A DNA stretch of 64,000 nucleotides, from positions 364,905 to 428,904 of the forward strand of contig CAVPHZ010000002.1 of assembly GCA_963704905.1 (NCBI GenBank), in the 5' to 3' direction. Source of the stretch: Candidatus Chisholmbacteria bacterium. GTDB lineage: Bacteria > Patescibacteriota > Microgenomatia > UBA1400 > Chisholmbacteraceae. The position numbers and the translations under genes were made by a program. This document shows, one piece after another, positions 58,440 to 64,000 of this stretch (positions are counted from its first letter, which is position 1; the number at the start of each line of letters is the position of its first letter). The notes beneath the pieces are model-generated. The model worked only from the letters and a program-made list of their open reading frames with translations, did no database searches and was not told the DNA's origin.

Positions 58440-58997
58440 ATGTTTAGAATATTTTCAACCACAAAAAATAGCTTTGAAGGCCAGCTCCCAGACGAGCAAA
58501 CAATATCACTGCACAGAATGCACTGGTTCAAACTTGTCGATATCGGAATTATCCTCCTCATTCTCGGTCTGATTCCGCTGCTTATTTACATTCCTCTTCA
58601 GCCGTATCTCCTCAAGCTGGGAGTTTCAGTATTCTACTGGTATATGGTTTCGCTCTATTACCTCTTTTGGTGGTACGGACTGTTCTACGGTCTGACGATG
58701 TACCTTCTCAATGTCTGGTTGGTTACCGATCATCGAGTCATCGCCAGCGAACAGCAGGGAATGTTTCGGCGCACCGTTGCCGAACTCAATTTAGCAAAAA
58801 TCCAGGATATTTCCGTACGCATAGAAGGACCCATGCAAACCATGCTCAATTTCGGTGAGATTGACATTCAGACGGCCGGCAAAAAGCGGAAGTTCAGGCT
58901 CAAGCACATCCCCAATCCCATCCAGGTTAAAGATCAGATCATCAAATCTCAAAATGAATATCTGAAAAATCACCCCGACAGACTGGAAAATTTCTAA
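58440..58997 (+). CDS. membrane protein with bacterial PH (bPH_2/YdbS-like) domain
   Basis: Two TM segments, then VTDHRVIA...GEIDIQTAG. Confidence 0.45.
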   Translation: MFRIFSTTKNSFEGQLPDEQTISLHRMHWFKLVDIGIILLILGLIPLLIYIPLQPYLLKLGVSVFYWYMVSLYYLFWWYGLFYGLTMYLLNVWLVTDHRVIASEQQGMFRRTVAELNLAKIQDISVRIEGPMQTMLNFGEIDIQTAGKKRKFRLKHIPNPIQVKDQIIKSQNEYLKNHPDRLENF

Positions 58998-59326
58998 GCA
59001 TCACCGGTCCACTCAGTTCCGTCAATTGGCGGCATATCATCTTTCCCAGATCCGAGAAAAATATCCGCATCAAAGATCATCAGTGTTCCTCCCGTTCGTT
59101 CAACCATCTCCCGAGCCTGATGAAATGACATTAGATCTGACATAACCTCCTGCCCATCCTCACCAGAAAAACGTACGGCATAGATTGATTTTCCATTTCC
59201 CTCCGGATCAAGAAACGGACGGTATCCAAACTCACTATCTTTAGCCGACATAAGCAACTTGAGTAAAAATAAAACGAAGTATATCATGAATGCCCAGATT
59301 CGCAGATGAAACGGTATAATACGCAT

Positions 59327-59974
59327 ATGCAATCTTCACAGAAAAAAATTGCTGCGTTTTTCTTAGGGCTACTCATAACGCTACTAGTCTCAGTACTCGG
59401 GCTCCCTAAAAGCATCATCCCTTCCCAAAACCAGGCCGAAGATGCAGTGGAACTGGTTCTCAAAGCTCAAGACGAATTTTCTCAAACCCTTGGTGCTTCC
59501 CAAGGAACAACTGAGAAAGAAGAAGGAGTGTTGGTAACCAGAGTCATCGATGGTGACACCATTGAACTCGAGACTGGGGAAAAAGTTCGCTATATTGGCA
59601 TCGACACTCCCGAAAAAGATGAATGTTATTTTGAAGCAGCCAAAAGAGAAAATGAACTTCTCGTACTCGATAAACGAGTAAAACTAGAAAAAGATGTTTC
59701 CGAAACGGACCGTTATGGCAGGCTTCTGCGCTATGTTGAGGCAGGAGAGATATTCGTCAATGACTATCTTGTCCGAAGCGGGTATGCGCTTGCCTCATCA
59801 TATCCTCCGGACATTGATCGTCAATTGCAGCTCAGAGAAGCTCAGATCGAAGCTAAAACCTTCGCACGGGGATTATGGAATGAATGCCAAAAACCAACTC
59901 CCACGGTTGCTCCTTCCCCCACTGCCAGCCCTACAGCCACACCAACGGTCAACTCCACACCCAACGCGCTCTAA
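59327..59974 (+). CDS. secreted thermonuclease (SNase-like)
   Basis: Signal peptide; VIDGDTIELETGEKVRYIGIDTPE and RYGRLLRYV. Start chosen 6 nt after TATAAT; the track ORF starts at 59306. Confidence 0.7.
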   Translation: MQSSQKKIAAFFLGLLITLLVSVLGLPKSIIPSQNQAEDAVELVLKAQDEFSQTLGASQGTTEKEEGVLVTRVIDGDTIELETGEKVRYIGIDTPEKDECYFEAAKRENELLVLDKRVKLEKDVSETDRYGRLLRYVEAGEIFVNDYLVRSGYALASSYPPDIDRQLQLREAQIEAKTFARGLWNECQKPTPTVAPSPTASPTATPTVNSTPNAL

Positions 59975-60066
59975 ACCCTCACTTCAAACGCCACTTCAGC
60001 TTCACGATCGTGAACACAACATCACATTTTCAGAAAGTTCTACATTGATAATCGAAGCAAAGGCTT

Positions 60067-60981
60067 TTACTTCTTAGTCAGGATATGTTGAGGTTTTCCA
60101 GCAACATATGCTTCTATGTTTTGCACTGCAACTTCTGCACCATTGACTATTGCTTGCTTGGTGGAAAATGCAATATGAGGTGTTACTAAAACTTTTTTGT
60201 TGCCTAAACACTTCCTGTAAAACTTATTCGTTGTATCTCCAAAGTTTTCTGGATCACAGTCAATTGCAGCTCCAGCCATGATACCTTTGTCTACTGCTTT
60301 CAACATTCCATCGATGTCATACGTGTATGGACGAACAAAGGTTAAATAATACGCTCCTTTTTTTAGAGACATAAAGAACTTTTCATCAAGCAGATTTTTG
60401 CTACTAGAATTGCAGTTAAGTGCGTTTATGATTAAATCAGCATTTTTTGATTTCTCTCTCAAGTTATCACCTCGTTTAAAAAATGAGACTTTCATACCAA
60501 AGGCCTTGCAAGGGATAGCGATTTCTGTACCAATACTCCCTTTTCCGACAATAAGCACTTTTTTCCCAACCAACGTTTCTTGGAGTTTGACGGGAAAGTT
60601 CTTTTTAGCTCGTACCATAGGAGAAAACTTCCGAAACAAATCGAGCGTCATGAACAACACCCACTCAATGATTGATGGTCTGTTCCCACCCTGAGAATTT
60701 GCAACGATCACTCCTTGTTGCTTCAACTTTCCTGAATTAAATACTCCAAGTTCAACATATGGGTAGGTTACAAAAATATTTTTTAGCTTATATAAGCTAT
60801 CAAGTAAGAACGCACCGTCGCTATAAAGAATATCAGCTCCTTTGGCTTGTTTGACGAATTCTTTAGAACTTGATGGACTTGGGAGGTACTTTACTTCGCC
60901 CAGTTTCGCTAATCGCTTTTTCTGACTATCATTTGGCTTAGCTCCTAAGACGACAATGTCTTTCATATCGCTCCTCATCAT
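60067..60981 (-). CDS. D-isomer-specific 2-hydroxyacid dehydrogenase family protein
   Basis: NAD-binding GKGSIGTEIA; catalytic-domain layout. Confidence 0.65.
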   Translation of the reverse strand: MMRSDMKDIVVLGAKPNDSQKKRLAKLGEVKYLPSPSSSKEFVKQAKGADILYSDGAFLLDSLYKLKNIFVTYPYVELGVFNSGKLKQQGVIVANSQGGNRPSIIEWVLFMTLDLFRKFSPMVRAKKNFPVKLQETLVGKKVLIVGKGSIGTEIAIPCKAFGMKVSFFKRGDNLREKSKNADLIINALNCNSSSKNLLDEKFFMSLKKGAYYLTFVRPYTYDIDGMLKAVDKGIMAGAAIDCDPENFGDTTNKFYRKCLGNKKVLVTPHIAFSTKQAIVNGAEVAVQNIEAYVAGKPQHILTKK

Positions 60982-61052
60982 GCAATTTCTTATTAATTCG
61001 GCAGCAGTATACCAAACAGTCGTTATTGCGTCTATTGATGCAAAATATTGGT

Positions 61053-63821
61053 TCAGAGTGACGTTCGAAGCAACTGGAGATCTTCACTCAGAAGCGTATA
61101 CGCCTGATCATCAACAAAATGTGGATGGAATAGCTCCAACCGTTTCTCAAATTGACTCAAGAAGAACTTTACCAACTTCATCCTTCCTTGATCATATGCT
61201 TTTTCCGCAAACCATATCGGCCAAGTCAACAATCGTGCCGTCCAATCATGAGTAATATGTCCTTCGTCTCGCATTCTCCAGACATCCTCTCGCATTGATT
61301 CGAAAGTAACCACATGAATTGATGTATCAATTGTAAACGTGACCGAATGCGGAGCTTCTACATTTTCAGCCTGATCCATAGAATGAGTAAAAACTATGTA
61401 CGTTCCATCCTCTCCAAATACAAGCGGCTCTTCATATAACTCCCAATCGATGTCATTCTCTTTACTAAAGTAGACATACTCAACTCCAAGACCATCACCA
61501 TCATCTGCAGAAAGGCTGAGTTCCACAGGAGTACTAAACACTCCCGGCTCCACCACTTGTCCTTCTAGATGAAGCTCAGTTATCGGAGCTTCAAGATCAA
61601 TGGCCTCCCCCATCAAGATATAAGAAGAAAGATGATTGATATTCGCAGTAGCAGTGTTATTCGCTTCATCGAGCGTTGTATCAACCTTTTCCCATTTCTC
61701 AGTCACTTGATTAAACCAGTAGATAGAAAGACTATGCTCAGAAACAGCGCTGTGCATGTAATCTTCATATGAGAATCGCATCTCAAATGGCTCAGAAAAA
61801 GAAGTAACAAAATTGTTATTTTCGTCGTATGCCAGGATGTCAAATGAATGAGTCACACCTCGAAGGTTGAAGTCGGAATGAAACGCAGGTAGCTCACGAA
61901 CTCGCAAAGTTAGAGCAGGTCGCGCTGGATCTGAAGGAAAAACGAGCTCCATCCCACCGACAGAAAAACTCCCTCCAGAGTTAGAGAGCTCGTAAGTATT
62001 TGTTTCTAAAGAGGTCGTCCAAAGATAACTACTCTCTGCCCCACCAGAGAGAGACCATGGGTCATTGGAATAAGGAACTGGCAACCACCCAAAGGGATCA
62101 ACCAACCCGCTGGGATAATCATCAAAAACACCATTTTCGTTAATGTCTTTGATAACAGAAACATGCAAATGCGAACCGGTTGTCCTTTTCCCAGTATTTC
62201 CAACCAAGCCAATGTGTTGGCCTTGAGTTACATTCACGGGATCACCTCCAGGAGAAACGATAAGACCATCTTTACGCAAATGCATATACCAGGTAAAAAA
62301 GCCGTTCTTATGATCAAGAAGAATCGTATTCCCGCCATTTGTGTCAAATCTGTATGTAGCCTCGCCATCAGCTGGTGCTAAGACAGGATAACCATCCGGA
62401 AGACCTGCCTTTCTCCCATAATCATAACCATTGTGCCCACTTTCATAGGGAGATGATGTTGCATACTCAAGCCCAGTATAAATCCTGACCTTAGAACGAG
62501 CCTCTTCAGGTTCTTCTCCAAATAAAGGATAACGATGATCAAAGAAAGAATTAATTGACAGCGCTGCCTCAGAAAATTGCACACCCTGATTAACATAATC
62601 CCAGGGTAGATCCAAAAAAGGATCGGGACTCTTCGGTCCAAACGCATAAAACTTTCCATCTTTACTCCCTACAAACACCATGCCATTTGCCACCACCGGA
62701 GAAGAAATGATAGGACCACCTGTCTGATAACTCCAGAGTAAATCACCATTCAAAGCATCAAGAGCATACAACTTCCCATCCGTAGATCCCACATACACCA
62801 CCCCATTGGCAATTGCTGGAGAAGACCAATTTGCAGACGCCAAATTAGCTCCGGCCTTATAGTTCCAAACAACATCTCCTGTTGCCTTATCAAGCGCATA
62901 TACTCTTCCGTTGTTAACGATCAGAAATATTTTCCCGTATGCCACCGCTGGAGAACTGCCGATTGCATCTTCTAGAGTTGGTGATATCCATTTAAAAGCT
63001 CCAGTATTTGCATCCAAGGAAATTATTTCCTTCCATCCATTACCAAAGTAGACAGCATCCCCATCCACAGATGGTGAAGGAAATAGAACACGACCGGAAG
63101 GTGAAATTGAATAGTCCCAAACTATGCTACCATTTGAGGCATCTAGAGCATAAAATCTCGAGTCTGCTGTCCCAATATATACATTTCCATTTCCGACTGC
63201 TGGCACTGTTAACATCCCACTATTAAGCACCGGAGATGTCCACAAAATTGTTCCGTCAACACGCACCGCCCTGACAAACTTATCGTCAGACCCAAAGTAT
63301 GCCACGCCACTTTCAATAACTGGGTCTCTAGCCCCAGAAGGAAACGTATGAAACCATTCTTGTGAATGATCCTCAACGTCTATTGCCTCAAAAGCACAAT
63401 TGGAACAAGGATTTCCCGTCAGTACTAATCCTTCGGAGTATGCTGGACTTGTACGAGCTCCAGCGGAAACCGCATACGCCCAAATCTCATTACCCGATGT
63501 CGCATTAACTGCGTGTATCTGGCCTCCTGCCTTAAAATACACTACATTGTTTACGACAATTGAGCTCGCCCCGCCGAAACCGATATCAGCTTCCCATTTC
63601 AATTCTAGAGGTGGTTGAAGAGATGTCTCTTCAGCATTAAATCCAGAGTGTGAAGAATCTTTTCGAAACATTGGCCAATTCTCAGAGGTATCTTGAGCAG
63701 TAACAAAGGTACTAGCTTTTAGAATATAAATTAAACCAACCAGGAATAAAGTTAACGCAGGGAGAAGTATCTTGATAGAATAATTAGTATTTACTCTAGA
63801 CATTATCCGTACTATTATCAT
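61053..63821 (-). CDS. exported PQQ-like beta-propeller repeat protein fused to M23 peptidase domain
   Basis: Repeated G.VY.G..DG.LYALDA..G..LW units. M23 motifs HNGYDYG (HxxxD) and GSHLHVSV (HxH). Confidence 0.6.
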   Translation of the reverse strand: MIIVRIMSRVNTNYSIKILLPALTLFLVGLIYILKASTFVTAQDTSENWPMFRKDSSHSGFNAEETSLQPPLELKWEADIGFGGASSIVVNNVVYFKAGGQIHAVNATSGNEIWAYAVSAGARTSPAYSEGLVLTGNPCSNCAFEAIDVEDHSQEWFHTFPSGARDPVIESGVAYFGSDDKFVRAVRVDGTILWTSPVLNSGMLTVPAVGNGNVYIGTADSRFYALDASNGSIVWDYSISPSGRVLFPSPSVDGDAVYFGNGWKEIISLDANTGAFKWISPTLEDAIGSSPAVAYGKIFLIVNNGRVYALDKATGDVVWNYKAGANLASANWSSPAIANGVVYVGSTDGKLYALDALNGDLLWSYQTGGPIISSPVVANGMVFVGSKDGKFYAFGPKSPDPFLDLPWDYVNQGVQFSEAALSINSFFDHRYPLFGEEPEEARSKVRIYTGLEYATSSPYESGHNGYDYGRKAGLPDGYPVLAPADGEATYRFDTNGGNTILLDHKNGFFTWYMHLRKDGLIVSPGGDPVNVTQGQHIGLVGNTGKRTTGSHLHVSVIKDINENGVFDDYPSGLVDPFGWLPVPYSNDPWSLSGGAESSYLWTTSLETNTYELSNSGGSFSVGGMELVFPSDPARPALTLRVRELPAFHSDFNLRGVTHSFDILAYDENNNFVTSFSEPFEMRFSYEDYMHSAVSEHSLSIYWFNQVTEKWEKVDTTLDEANNTATANINHLSSYILMGEAIDLEAPITELHLEGQVVEPGVFSTPVELSLSADDGDGLGVEYVYFSKENDIDWELYEEPLVFGEDGTYIVFTHSMDQAENVEAPHSVTFTIDTSIHVVTFESMREDVWRMRDEGHITHDWTARLLTWPIWFAEKAYDQGRMKLVKFFLSQFEKRLELFHPHFVDDQAYTLLSEDLQLLRTSL

Positions 63822-63886
63822 CTCATCTCTTAATTCCTACAGTCAAGTAAAATAGTTTTCAAGCTGATACTGAAACACTGCAGATT

Positions 63887-64000
63887 ATGCACAAAAAATT
63901 GAGAATATCAGTGATATTAGCTCTTGCGATAACTAGCCTTACCCTTATTTCCTTCTCTCTCTTGAGAATAGATGGAAAACATGACGAGGATTTTAATTTC
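63887..64000 (+). CDS. partial exported protein (N-terminal signal peptide; continues beyond window)
   Basis: MHKKLRISVILALAITSLTLISFSLL... Confidence 0.3.
   Translation, partial: MHKKLRISVILALAITSLTLISFSLLRIDGKHDEDFNF

Overview
The window is a 64-kb chromosomal fragment from a small-genome bacterium, dense with housekeeping genes. A Patescibacteria/CPR origin is inferred from several traits: lysine-rich extensions on ribosomal proteins and NusG, many leaderless genes, and the presence of GT39 and Wzy-TPR membrane glycosyltransferases and an LCP-SGNH fusion. It encodes mreB, a Wzy/O-antigen-ligase-like membrane protein with a TPR tail, def-fmt, nadD-nadE, rpmB, an M50 protease, a pyrimidine biosynthesis cluster (prs-pyrE-pyrD-pyrC-pyrB on the minus strand), rnhB, truB, glycosyltransferases (GT4, GT39, GT28-like), rpmG, four tRNAs (Trp, Thr-GGU, Tyr, Thr-UGU), a GGDEF diguanylate cyclase, galU, secE-nusG-rplK-rplA, a 2.8-kb block of hypothetical genes, rplJ-rplL, an LCP-SGNH envelope protein, galT, glgA, malQ, a thermonuclease and a PQQ-propeller/M23 peptidase fusion. 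No CRISPR array, rRNA, integrase or transposase was seen. The most notable structure is in the tRNA / ribosomal-protein region. tRNA-Trp carries a degenerate direct repeat of its 3' end about 0.7 kb away, and tRNA-Tyr abuts a 30-bp tandem repeat. A near-identical hairpin leader sits upstream of both rplK and rplJ. The classical thr-tyr-(gly)-thr-tuf-secE-nusG-rplKAJL-rpoBC arrangement is broken by inserted genes. Many genes have a -10 box only 4-8 nt upstream of the start codon, which suggests leaderless transcripts. All calls rest on motif recognition by eye; no database search was possible.
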